A stretch of 63,385 nt of DNA, counting the filler, from Lenisia limosa (Eukaryota > Protista > Breviatea), in assembly GCA_001655205.1 (NCBI GenBank). It is 14 parts of 14 records of this genome, joined end to end, with 100 filler letters (N's around TTAATTAATTAA, not from the genome) between each part and the next. Parts side by side here need not be neighbours in the genome. Positions count along the whole stretch, not along the records: positions 1 to 17,688 come from LPNZ01002206.1; positions 17,789 to 21,489 come from LPNZ01003323.1; positions 21,590 to 26,330 come from LPNZ01004588.1; positions 26,431 to 31,252 come from LPNZ01006046.1; 10 more parts are not named here. One strand, given 5' to 3'. The position numbers and the translations under genes are program-made. Shown piece by piece: positions 15,580 to 28,224 of the stretch. Within the stretch, counting starts at the first letter, position 1. The number at the start of each line of letters is the position of its first letter. The notes beneath the pieces are model-generated. The model worked only from the letters and a program-made list of their open reading frames with translations. It did not search any database and had not been told where the DNA came from.

Positions 15580-15853
15580 GATCATGCATGACAGGGCCCT
15601 CAGGATCTGTTTCCCCATATGTCATGTGTCGCTGTAGAATTGTTTATTATTGTAATATCTGTCAAATATTTCCAATGTAGAACACTCCACCTCTTAGTAG
15701 CATCTGGAAGCTACGATTATCCTGCTAACAATGCGAAGAAATTTAAATCCCCCAGTTGATAAATTAATACATAAGCTTTTATTCAAAATTCGAAACACAC
15801 AATCTAATAATACAAAATAAAAACACCTACTATAATACACCCACTGCCAACAC

Positions 15854-18800
15854 CTACTGCCAACGAGGCTTGGCATCCTTCCTTAAATAGTCAGATGGAG
15901 TTGGAATGGGGGTCTGTGAGATGGTTGCAGATGTAATTAATGTAAGAGAGATGGTTGTAGATGTAATTAATGTAAGATAGATGGTTGTAGATGTAGTTAA
16001 TGTAAGAGAGATGGTTGCAGATTAATGTAAGAGAGATGGTTGTAGATGTAGTTAATGTAAGAGAGATGGTTGCAGATGTAATTAATGTAAGAGAGATGGG
16101 CAATATTAAGTTGCTGTTCTAGTACATTATCATTGAGTGAAAAAAGCCCCAGCCGATAAAGATAAACATACGTTTGCTTGTCACCCCGTCGAATTGGTTT
16201 CGCAATATTACTTCTTTTCGGCGCGACTTTGGATGAAGCTGGCTCAGACGTAGCTCTAATCAATCATAAAGAAGAATACTCTTGATTTCAAATAATTCAG
16301 TGATAAGCGTCTGAATCATGATCAAATTCAACCATACTTATGAAGACGAATAAAGAGGACATTGATTTGCTAAAAAAACAAAGTTGAAGAGGGTGAAAGA
16401 GAAGAAATGGAAGATGATCGTAGAGGTTAATAATTACTTTCAAACCTTGAAGCGGCCGGCTTCGGAGTTGTTCGTCTTGAGAAATGCACGTACTCTGAAG
16501 AACTGTCCGAATCGGCCCCGTCATCTGAATTGTAAATGGGGAATTGAGGGGGAATGCTCTTTATTGTAATGATTACAATTCAACAGTGTGGGGATACATA
16601 TGAAACACTAAAACAGTATTCATATCAAAACATTGTATCTGGTAAAAAAACAGTATCAGTGTGAATACAGGAAATTGAGAGGAAAGCGATGTCCTGAATA
16701 CCATTGTCCTCACTGGTCGGCTTTCGAGTCTGTTTTGAGACCTGTTCCGTGTGGCTGGTTCTGCTGGGAGGCTTCTTTACCTGGAATGTTCAGAACTATA
16801 TCAAATCAAGAATAAAAACAAAAAGCTGACATCTATATCATAATTCCAAAAGGATGTGATTTAAAGTAAAAAATGAAGGGATTACAACATCTTCTTGAAT
16901 TTCTTTTAAATGAAACTTGCTCCCACCACCGACCTGCGTTTTGGAATTTCTCGGTGGTGATGTAACAGAACTATTTGACGTGCTAAACTGGTAAATGGAG
17001 ATGTAGTTCAATTCAATGAAAGTGACATTGCAATTCATCAGTAACCTGGGTAAGAAACCATCAATACGCTTGTTTTCAATTACATACCTTGGGGGTGGGC
17101 TGGCCAAGAGGGAACTTCGCGGAACTGGCAATCGTGACGCTGCTAGAATGTCAAGAGGCTATCTGGTTTAGGGTTTCCTTGTGTATTTGACATACTTGGA
17201 GGGGACGTTTTTCGAGGGGGGATGCGGTTGACATTGGGTTTTGGCAAGCTGAAAACATTAATATGAGTTACATAATACTAAACTAATGATGTTCCAGAAA
17301 AGCGAAATTTGGAAATAGAGTAACGGGTAATATTTGGCCGAAGCTGCCCTCACAATCAGGATTGATAAACAGTGAAAAACAACGTCAATTAGAATTAACG
17401 TTATGTCCACCAGACCTTTGCTGTGAGGCTGGAGGATCGGAGAGAGACGAAGCGGACTTTGAATGTTGTTTTGAGACTATTTGGGACTGGGGGTGGCGAG
17501 ATGGGCTTTGAGGAACTTCTTTGGTTGATGGGAGGGGAGGGGAGATAGGGCCTTTTTCGTTGGCTTTTGATTGAGACTGAGCTGCGAGTGTGAGAGAAGT
17601 TATAAGATCAAGCTTTGCAATAGTTATAAGATCAAGCTTTGTTATATATGTATATAGCAATGAGAATAAAAATAAAGATGTATTTGGCNNNNNNNNNNNN
17701 NNNNNNNNNNNNNNNNNNNNNNNNNNNNNNNNTTAATTAATTAANNNNNNNNNNNNNNNNNNNNNNNNNNNNNNNNNNNNNNNNNNNNATTTTTGATTAA
17801 CACGACAGTTGTATGAAGGTTATAGAGGAGAAACAGGATAAAACATCATATCATGTCTTTGAACATGTGTTTACAATCACTTTCCACTAGGGCTTCACTT
17901 AAAAAGACTGAATTTCTCGATAAATCGTCGAACACTATCGATATTTTCCTGGTCTATTTTGAATCGAAGTGATTCATCCCGAGTGTATCAGAGTATCATT
18001 GAGACTTTTGGTTAATTATCATACGAGTGGATATTAGGCATCAGCGAGGAAAATGACAGTTCACATGTGTGAAAATGAACCAAAAAGTGAAATGATACCT
18101 CATGTCCACTTATGTGATCCGTATATACATGTAGTATATGATATGTACATATGATATGAACATGAATATAATGTATAGAATTGATAAATATACATATATG
18201 TGTTTCAAATTATTAGCAAACATATAACATATCATATATATACCGGTATATATATATATATATAGCTACATAGATATAAATATGTTTATGCGTTGGAGTA
18301 TACAAATAAAATACGATTTATTATATTTTTTTTTATAATAATAACGTTAAAAGCCCTACAATCAAACAATATTAATATTTCATCAGATAGAAATATGACA
18401 TCTATTATTTACCAAATTCAACAAACTCTAATAGATCAATACACTATAGCATTCACACAAAATCATCCACAAGAACTGCGTGGATATTTAAAAGAGGTTG
18501 TATGTGGCTGAAGCCGTCCACACCATCACGCTTACAAGAGATATTGAATGAGTTAGTTTTACACACAAAACTAACATTCCATAAAAGAAAAAATAGACAT
18601 TTATGGGGTTTTCTGCTAAATTGACCTCAGTAAAACTTCAAATATAAACAATTTCAATATTGATGAACACAAAGAATATTGTAAGATCAAACAAAGATGT
18701 ATCACTTAGCCCACCGTTGGGGCGAGAGGAGGCAGCAAGGCGATTAGCTGTCCGCATTCGAGCGTCCCTTTTGACTTTTGTTTCGTTTAGCGTTGAGGCT

Positions 18801-18959
18801 AAAGCGGCTCCACAGGTGAACGCGTCTGTGGGGCCAACTTTCCTGAAAACAACGTCAAACGCCGCTCTTCTCCGGTGAATGATCTTACTTTATTCTATTG
18901 TTGACAGAAGCCATTGGGATGTCGGCAAGAAGCCGTTCTTCGTCGTCAGAACTGCTCAT
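15854..18959 (-). CDS. Ser/Pro/Lys/Arg-rich, probably disordered protein ending KDAKPRWQ*
   Basis: Phase-consistent exons: MSSSDDEERLLADIPMASVNNRIK (ATG 18959), a 46-nt intron, KVGPTDAF...SSRPN, then exons near 17580-17415, 17140-17088, 16990-16935, 16780-16700, 16524-16447, 16255-16172 and a last exon with stop at 15854. Crosses the spacer at 17689-17788 with compatible phase. Confidence 0.7.
15918..16099. repeat. 30-bp minisatellite, about 6 copies, in the last intron of the minus-strand gene
   Basis: Unit AGAGATGGTTGYAGATGTARTTAATGTAAG repeated in tandem; one copy carries a short deletion. Confidence 0.95.
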
Positions 18960-19184
18960 TTCGAACACCTTTCACCTCCACGGTGTTTTACTCCCGATAT
19001 TTATAATACTATCTACGATATTTACTTGTGTTGAAAGTGGGATTTCGTCAAGGAACTGTCAAGGAACAAAAATCAATAAAAATATATAAATAATGGGAGT
19101 TAGAACATCCATAAATAGAGTATTTAACTGCCCGAAATGAGAAGAATCGCGAGGGGATCTTAGCTAATAGGTAAAACGGACACC

Positions 19185-21301
19185 ATGGGTTACGTTGGTA
19201 ACTTTACCAACCATCTCAGCTGTCTGCTAACTAAAGACCTTTCTTTAGCTCTGCGTCTCTACGTTAAAACCCTTATTTCTGTACTCTTACCTGTGATTCT
19301 TATAATATGCGGATTCTACAGTATCAAATATACGGAATCAACACAGAATGCCCCTTCAAGCTTCACGGCGTCCTCAAAACCCTTCGAGTGTGAGCCCTAT
19401 CGTAACCTCTTCAATGATACAGCAGGTAGGGTAGTGTGGGGGCGTGATATAACTATATTGAGACTGATAATTTTGCTCTCTGTTTTGTGATTCCCTGTTC
19501 GATCTTGTTTTGTTCATTCTGTTTTCTGGGAAAGTGTTAATCCTCCAAATATAAATGAATGCACTTCATTTTATTGAAGGAATAAGATGTTTTAAGTGGT
19601 TGATATGGCAGAAAGCAACTACCTGTTGGACTGTGTCCCTCTGCTTGTGTCACAAAAAACGGACCAATCAGTTGGAATTGTCAAGGTGGGTGGGTAGAGA
19701 GTTGGATGGTGATATTCACGTGTATATATACACTGATACTGGCCTATTTATATATGTATAGTGACTGTGATAAGTCTTGTTTCGTTAGGAAACCACATTA
19801 CAAGTTGGTCACAATGTTTATGTAAACTTGGAAAATTTATGGAACAAAAAATAAAAACATTTATTGCTTTCAGATATAATCTTGTGTTTCTCATATAATC
19901 AAGTAGAGGCGACCTTATTGTCCATTTCTCAATGCTAAATTTATAGGCGGCAGCAAAGATGGGCGGCTTCAGCGAGGAGGCAGCGGTTTATCTTGATAGT
20001 GAAGATCAATTTCTTGATGAGGTTGGTCTAGGAGTGGGTGACACGCATATTGGAAATATTAAAGCTTGGAGTTGTTTTCCTGTTTTTATTCTCTCTAATG
20101 CATGCTTTACCCTCTATTTGGAAGGCTCAAAAGAATCTGAGCCTTCTTTTGATAATAATAACGAGCATTTTTAGCTTCTTTAAATGCCTTACCAGTAACT
20201 CACGATAGTCCCCTCCTTTATATTGCTGGCAATTATGCTCCTTTTTGACCAATATAGATAAAGTCAACTTAACCATCCCCAGATTGGGAATCGAATGTAT
20301 AGCATTGACCTCTTTTTGTTATGATTGAGAAGAATGCCCTCAAACAGCTTTAACTCCCTTTAGATTGGGAAGCGAATGGGAAACATTGCCGCCGGACTAA
20401 GGCTCGGTGTCACGCATACCATTTTTGTGGCTAATCAGCAGTTTGATGACAGCCAGGTTGGAGGAAGGGCAAGGGTGATTTCTTGAATGCAAAACCTGCG
20501 CTTTCGCTGTCTTGAAAATTGAACACAAAACAGCAATATTCTATGAAAAGTGTTTGCATATCTTTTTTCACGACAGCGAATACACGATTACCGTGGTGGA
20601 TGGTATAGATCAAAGATCATAATTATATGATATATTTCCTTCATCGGTCAAATTAGCGACCATATAACTTGATTACCTGTATAATCCCCTCATCTTATAT
20701 TGTTTTTTTTGGATTCATGTGTATCATATATGTTATCTCCATTTTCTCCCACCCAACGTAGATGATTATTTTTCTGTCAGGTCATCCATTTTCAACTGAG
20801 TTGATTTGGACTTTTTTGTTGCGTAACTTTTCCAATTTCACCCNNNNNNNNNNNNNNNNNNNNNNNNNNNNNNNNNNNNNNNNNNNNNNNNNNNNNNNNN
20901 NNNNNNNNNNNNNNNNNNNNNNNNNNNNNNNNNNNNNNNNNNNNNNNNNNNNNNNNNNNNNNNNNNNNNNNNNNNNNNNNNNNNNNNNNNNNNNNNNNNN
21001 NNNNNNNNNNNNNNNNNNNNNNNNNNNNNNNNNNNNNNAATCGCTATCGCCAGTGAGGCTTCTAAGGACTTCGATGTTGGGGGTGGTGGTATTGTTTTGT
21101 GTTTAAGTGTTGTGCAGAGTTGAATTTGGGCTTTTATTTTTGTTTCGTAGAGTTTTCAATTTTCGTGATTATTTTCTTTGAGCCATTTCGTCACGAAATT
21201 CCTTGTTAATCCCCCATGATAAAATTTCACCCCATAGTCGAGCAACCTGGAAGTTGAAGTTGAGTATCTTTCAACAGCTTTCACCAAACTGGGCGATTCT
21301 G
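19185..21301 (+). CDS. ABCA-transporter-like N-terminus (TM1 plus first ectodomain), 3'-truncated at a spacer
   Basis: Exon 1 NHLSCLLTKDLSLALRLYVKTLISVLLPVILII resembles the ABCA N-terminal pattern LLxKNxxLxxRxxxxTLxExLxP. In-frame exons follow (VVDMAESNYLLDCVP..., AAAKMGGFSEEAAVYLDSEDQFLDE, IGKRMGNIAAGLRL). No nucleotide-binding domain is present in the window. Confidence 0.5.
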
Positions 21302-21334
21302 GTGAGTGTCTGGGAATGTGTATTGGGGTATACC

Positions 21335-21433
21335 CAGGGCTTCACACGGTTTGAAGAAAGACTGAATTTCTCGATAAATCCTCGAAAACTATCGATATTT
21401 TACAAGTCTTTTTCGAACAGAAGTGAAGCACTA
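21335..21433 (+). mobile_element. hAT-type MITE copy
   Basis: CAGGG...CACTA ends; flanks GGTATACC / GGTATAGT (6 of 8 identical). Confidence 0.85.
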
Positions 21434-21642
21434 GGTATAGTGGTTGTTGTGGGTTTTCAGGTGAGCTTCAATATATCCTATTATTCAGTNNNNNNNNNNN
21501 NNNNNNNNNNNNNNNNNNNNNNNNNNNNNNNNNTTAATTAATTAANNNNNNNNNNNNNNNNNNNNNNNNNNNNNNNNNNNNNNNNNNNNATTTCTTGAGG
21601 GACTATTTTTCTCTTGAATCCCCCCCCCCATCACCAGTGCAG

Positions 21643-24600
21643 GGTTCGGAGACAAGCGATCGTCTTCAACACTCGCGAAATGAAGTTCATACCCGTCAAC
21701 ATCTTTGTGCTTCGCCGCTACCTGCCCGAGTTTTCGTCGCTATCGTTCTGCATTCCTCGAGTGCCGCGATGCCGCTTTTTCGCCCACAATGTTGGCACAA
21801 CAGGTAAGCATCGGGTGTTGAGCTTTCTAGGGGGACGCTCTGTGGCTGTAATTATAATAAACCGTGCAATTGTGAAAGTGTAAAGCCAATAAAGTCGTTT
21901 ATTTTTTTGGATTTTATATTTCTATTTTACCTTTATTTTATCCCTTATGAACCGCCAGAGCCTGAGGTTTTACATTATACATTAACTTGTTGTGATGACT
22001 CTGAAGAATATTACATTTGATAAAATACACTAATGGTTAATGGTGTTACCTGTGTCATGATTCAGGGTTTTGTTTTGTTCCAACTTTACCCCCCCCCCCC
22101 CNNNNNNNNNNNNNNNNNNNNNNNNNNNNNNNNNNNNNNNNNNNNNNNNNNNNNNNNNNNNNNNNNNNNNNNNNNNNNNNNNNNNNNNNNNNNNNNNNNN
22201 NGAGACGCCAATCTTGTCGCTTCTAGGAATAAACTACGCTACACTTCCTTGGTGGGGACGATATATTCTGAAAGCTGCGTATTGTTGTGCTAATCAGATT
22301 AGCTTTCTTTTTTTCTTACCGTCTTGGCGCTATTCACCCCTCCCCCCTCTTCTATTCTTGCCTTCAGTGCTGCTAAGTCTGAAGTATTATTATATTGGTG
22401 ATGTATTCTTTCCTTTTCTTATCAGTTTATAACTCACAAACTCCGGATGACGGTGTGTAGGAAGTCATGAAGAAGGTAACTGACAATGTGCTCAGTGTTC
22501 AATTCAGAGAAAGCCTCATGAAAAGGAAGATCATTGACCTGGTCTTCTCCATCCCTTGCCCTTATTTCACGGTTTGCTACACCTCAAGCTCTGACTGTCG
22601 CTTTCAAAACACTGTGAAGTTGAACTTGAACTTAAAGCATCTTGTTTTGTTTTATACTACTACTATCTGATAGAACAACATTGTTGTATATTTTTAGCAA
22701 TATTGATTCCAGGCTTTTTCTGATGATTTAGATGCTATACAGTACGGTCTCTGATCCTGGTACTGTAATGTAAGTGGGGCACTTAATTGTTTATTGAGTT
22801 TATAATCATAGAGTAGTAGTAATACATTGGGGTAACATAAACCAACAAATACCCCTTACGTCGCAGTCCAAGTGGACGCAACTGGCGAATTGAAGACATT
22901 CAAGCTTCTTCTTTCGAGATCGTCGTGGGTTGGGAAGGAAAACGGGCTGAAGATGTGTTTGTTTTATTCGTATATTAAAGGATTTTGATTATATAGCATC
23001 AAATAGGATTATCCATGATGATACATTTTGCTTGTATTGTAACCATTATTTATTGTATGTTTGCACTATCATAACCTTCCAGCAATCGGATGACATTGAT
23101 ATGGCAAACCTTCCTCCCGGTATGCGAAGTTTTGAAGAGTGGATCCATATATCTATTATGTTACCAAGGGGCTTCAATGTTTTATTATCAAACATCTTGC
23201 ATGAATGTTTCTGACGTTGAAGCCGAGGAATCTGCGCAACTTCGCTACGGTTCAGTTCACGCTGGTGTTTCACAGATCCTTGCCGAACATCACTTCATTT
23301 CTCTGGGGGTACGGCGGGAACAACTACAATACCCCTGTTCATGTGGTAGCATTATCTCCATTGTTCCTGTATTCCTAATGATCCAGCTTCTGAACAAAAA
23401 GTTCTCAATGAGCACCAATCGTCTCAACAGAATCATTGCCTATATGTGCTACAAATGGGGCTATGGTGAGTGGATGTTTATCTTGACTAAACACCAATAA
23501 ATGTTTGTTTCTCTCTCGTTACACTGTGTGTACATCCCTGACACAACTTTTAGGAGTATTTGATCGGATCAACTCCACACCTGTCTACCTTCGGCCGACT
23601 GAAAAATTGCCCCATCTTCCCTTCAAAGAAAAGCCGCCAGAGAATACTGTGAGCTCAACCATGGACTGTAACATTGACAAGATATGATAATTCGTTGTAT
23701 TCATTGATCGTTTCGCCCTTTGAGTTGATTTGGGCTTTTTGTTTCTTATTTTACCCCCCCCCCCCNNNNNNNNNNNNNNNNNNNNNNNNNNNNNNNNNNN
23801 NNNNNNNNNNNNNNNNNNNNNNNNNNNNNNNNNNNNNNNNNNNNNNNNNNNNNNNNNNNNNNNNNNNNTACAAGGCAACTCAACCCACAACTCTTCGATC
23901 AAAAACAGTTGGTGGATCAAACATAGCTATTCTTCATCTGTCTTACTTCATTTTCTGTGACCCTCTCAATTCATAAATAGATAGCTTTATAATAGTGAGT
24001 CTTTCCTGTGGTACCAATTACATATCAGTTGTTTTTATTTGGTTTATAATCACGATCTTTACGTTCATATACAGGTATGTATCTTAGAATTTTCTTGTGA
24101 CTTACCCCGTTAGGGTGGAGGTAATCAACAAAGAGAATGAGGAACCTGGTGAAAGCAGTCAGCGTTTGCCCCGTCCAACACCAGTACGCTAGAAGATGGG
24201 GCTCACCTTAATCGGGAATAAAACTGGATTCAGAAACACTAATCGATATCTTTGTTTGTCTTTGTTGGACATGAGAAAGCCTCAAATCTTTCAATTTTTG
24301 TAACATAATATTGCTTCGTGATTTCCATTTTTCTTACCTCCCAGTTCTATCAACGGACAATGATGCTCCGAGGAAGCGGTGTTTTTGACGAGTAAGAGGC
24401 GGTTTATCGCAAATTACAATTATGGACTCTTTTTTTGAATGGATTTCACCCAATAGCCCTTCAAAGTTCCTGCCATCCCTGCTGCGCGCTCCCATCATCA
24501 TGCTTCCCAACTCCGACATCCAAACCCTTGTCAACCGGAACTTCTCACCCACACCGTGTTCTAATCAGGCTGCCATTTTGCCCATTCGAAGTGGGGGGAG

Positions 24601-26296
24601 GGTGAATGTCGTGAAGGGTAATCACAACATACCGATCACGTCAAATAAGTAGTTTGTGCCAATAGTGAATAAAAATATTCAAATGTAGTACTGTGTTAAG
24701 GTAACAAATGACAGTATTATAAGCTCACTATGACAATAATAACCATTGTATTTATGTGACGTTGTTCAAAAATACGTGGGATTCACTGATTCTCACCACT
24801 CACTAGGAGCTGTTCTTGTCTCCGAAACAGTTGAGAGCACCGCAGCAATTGGAAGAAGTAGGCATTTGAATGAAGGCATTGTATTAGTTTGACGACTTAC
24901 TGTGAACCTGGCCATGGGTTCTGAGATTTACTTTAACCTAAGGACTCTTGAGCATTATTCAATGTTTTTCAGACGGTGGTTAGCTGTAGTGGTCAGTCTC
25001 TATATACAAGTAGACATCTATTTTGGCGAATTTTGGCAAGTCTGTTTACCCCCCATGGGATGCGGNNNNNNNNNNNNNNNNNNNNNNNNNNNNNNNNNNN
25101 NNNNNNNNNNNNNNNNNNNNNNNNNNNNNNNNNNNNNNNNNNNNNNNNNNNNNNNGGCTACATGATCTACGTCATGGCTAATAACGAAATTGACTACGTC
25201 AAAATAAAAACAGACTTCAAAGGTACGTCTCTTCTTGTTCTCTTTTTTATTTCTTCTTTTCATTTTGGGACTTACTTTGCTTCTTTTTGAGAGACAAAAT
25301 TGAATCTTTGATCATTAGATGGTATTATAAGATTGTTGAATTTTCCATCTCTTTTGGCTTTTCAATTCACTCTTTTCTCTTTGCCTCCATCGATTGATCG
25401 TTATGATATTGTAGACAAAGTCATCACCCCCTTGGAGCTACTGAAGGGCCTGTCTTTTGGTGAGTTTGGAAGCTGTCATCAGTGGGTGTATCTTATCCAT
25501 CATGATATGATATATTGGCTCCATTAATGTGGGGGTACGCAATAGTGTATAATTCGATTTGACCAGAAGTATTATTAAAAACAGGAAGCATAATTCTGAT
25601 GTACTATGGGTGTGGGGGTTCACTTTTCTTTGTTGTTATTAATGTGACATTTTTTATCCATTTCTAGCCAAAATTGAAGCCTTGATCCAGCTGATTGAAA
25701 ACGAAGGCGCTACGTACATCAGGAAGTGGTGAGTCATTTTTTTTTATATATATACTATATATATATATATACTTGGGAGTAGTACATAGGAACTAACTTC
25801 ACTAATAAAAACACCAAAAGGATTTAGCTTTTATGACACTACTTTCTGCCAGACACAATCTTGTTTTATTTTCTCAAGCACACAATATATCTCCCTTTCA
25901 GCCCAATTTACACCCCCAGTATTCCGCTGCGAAACAAACGCAACTTAAAGTCACTGAGCGGTTGGTTGCATTCAATTGACTCTTATGCACACTTTACTCA
26001 TCTCAGTCTATGCTGATGTAATAGTGATAAAAACTGCATAATCAACTCCTTAATCGTTATTGCCTTCAAGAGGGTTATGGAGCATGATGATCAAGAGGGT
26101 TATGGACATCATGATCAAGAGGGTTATGGACATCATTATGATCACCAATAACTGTTCTCTGTTATTTTGCCCTCAGCTTACACCATTCAGACCTGTGCGT
26201 GGACGATGATACTGATGGAGACAGCTGCAGTGAGACCAGCGAGTCGGATTCTGGGGAGGAAATGCGCAAGCCAAAGAGGAAGCCCAAAAGGAAAAA
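21643..26296 (+). CDS. Multi-exon gene, possibly a divergent TFIIIC tau95 (GTF3C5/Tfc1-like) subunit, both ends incomplete
   Basis: Phase-consistent exons give ...VFSIPCPYFTAFSDD...SDDIDMANLPPAEE...VSQILAEHHFISLGLLNKKFSMSTNRLNRIIAYMCYKWGYGVFDR...SDIQTLVNRNFSPTPCSNQAAILP... and an acidic/basic segment DDDTDGDSCSETSESDSGEEMRKPKRKPKRK. Motif order recalls GTF3C5 (PPPxFS, winged helix LxxxxxxxxYxxxxGPW, Cys-containing C-terminal segment, acidic tail), but identity is low. Confidence 0.45.
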
Positions 26297-26500
26297 GTTG
26301 GGTTCTCAGCACTTTTGATACCTTTTTTCANNNNNNNNNNNNNNNNNNNNNNNNNNNNNNNNNNNNNNNNNNNNTTAATTAATTAANNNNNNNNNNNNNN
26401 NNNNNNNNNNNNNNNNNNNNNNNNNNNNNNCTTGCTAAGCAAACGTTTTGACTAATTCCCTTGTTAAGCCATTGCACCGTCCTTACTAATTCCAATGTAG

Positions 26501-27911
26501 AACTCATCGCCGAACAACAGTCAAGGAAGCAGAGGCGAGGCGGCCTTCCCCTCAATGGGCATGTCAATGCAGTCAGTGCAGGTATGTTGAGAGCAAGAGA
26601 AATATCTAGGCTTCGTGCAATTAATTGAAAAATAATTGCAAAATATGAAGTGAGACATAGAAATAACCCATATCCACAAGTGATAACTGTTTCTTTTATT
26701 TATAAAATAATATATTTACGGTAGGATGTGGTGGGCTTGGTTTTGTTTGTTTTGTTGTTCAACCCTTGTATGTTTCTCAAATGTTGTTATTTTGTATATT
26801 CTTCATCGAAATTTCCTTCGTTTTCAATCAATTTTACTTCGTTTTATCTCAATTTCNNNNNNNNNNNNNNNNNNNNNNNNNNNNNNNNNNNNNNNNNNNN
26901 NNNNNNNNNNNNNNNNNNNNNNNNNNNNNNNNNNNNNNNNNNNNNNNNNNNNNNNNNNNNNNNNNNNNNNNCAGAGCCCCACTGCCAACTTCCAAAGTGG
27001 ACAACAGCAGCAAATGAGCCCTCAAATGCAACAGCAGCAGATGAACCCTCAAATGCAACAGCAAATGAGCCCCCAAATGCAGCAGCAGGTGGGGGTAGAT
27101 GGGAAGGATTTTATTATAATTAGGGCTTCACTTCGGTTCAATAAAAGACTGAATTTCCCGATAAATCCTCGAAAACTATCGATTTTACCGGTCTTTTCGG
27201 ACGATAGGGAAGGGAGGGGCACTATTATCCAATATTCCGCCGTTTTGACCGTTTTAGAGTGCAGTGGCCCAGAAGGTGAACGACTTGCCCCCCAACAAAC
27301 GCCAGCAGCTCTTTGCGCAACTCAGCCAATTGGTTGGTGAATACTTCTTGAAAAAGAGAAGTAATACATTAAAAATCTTGGGAAACAAATAAATACATAG
27401 GGATACCATAAACACATTAGGTGAATATGTCGTGATTGGTGCTTTTGCAAAAATTCTTCATTCATCAAAATTTCCTTCGTTTTGCCTCTTTTTTCCATTC
27501 AATATAACTTACACCAACAATATAATATCTCTAATTTTCTATCCCCNNNNNNNNNNNNNNNNNNNNNNNNNNNNNNNNNNNNNNNNNNNNNNNNNNNNNN
27601 NNNNNNNNNNNNNNNNNNNNNNNNNNNNNNNNNNATTCATAAGTTTCCTTTTTTTTACTGGTGTATTTGGTTGTTATCAACCCTCGTGTGTCATCAGCCA
27701 ACTGAGTTGATTCATATGTTTCCTTTTTTTTACTGGTGTATTTGGTTGTTATCAACCCTCGCGTGTCATCAGCCAACAGAGTTGATTTTGGGCTCCTCTC
27801 CCCCCCTTTGTTTTACCCCCTTTTCAGATGACCCAAGGCAAGCCGCTGAACCCTCAGCAACAGGCGTTTTACCAGTACCTCTCACAGCTCCAAAGAGCTG
27901 GCCAGCTTTAG
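26501..27911 (+). CDS. 3' part of a Gln/Met-rich low-complexity protein
   Basis: Exons NSSPNNSQGSRGEAAFPSMGMSMQSVQ; QSPTANFQSGQQQQMSPQMQQQQMNPQMQQQMSPQMQQQ; SAVAQKVNDLPPNKRQQLFAQLSQL; MTQGKPLNPQQQAFYQYLSQLQRAGQL* (stop 27909-27911), with GT-AG boundaries where visible. Confidence 0.75.
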
Positions 27912-28224
27912 GCAGATGTGTGTGTGTGTATCCCTCCGCTTTCTTTCTATATAGTTCCCTTTTTTGAAGAGATGCTTTATCATTGCGCCCAAGCCGTGTT
28001 TCTAACTAGACGAACAGTACCCTAGCAAATCTTGTAGTTTGGATAGGTCGCTATATAGTATAAAAAATTATAATTACTAATACTATGTGTACTTTAAAAA
28101 CGTACAAGAGGAACAACCATTGGAGTTGTCATCAGGTATAAATCGACTTGATACATGTTGAAAAACAAAATTAGATATCATATCGATATATCAAAAAAAA
28201 AACACTGTCAATAAGGGAAATAAT

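Noticed and set aside
1481-17688. Contaminant contig from another organism, suggested by the lack of repeats
   Set aside because: A family-2 terminus lies at 17654-17688 on this contig and the gene at 15854-18959 appears to continue into the repeat-bearing contig.
17733-17744. TTAATTAATTAA as a biological motif
   Set aside because: It is always centred in a 100-nt N block; it is an assembly spacer.
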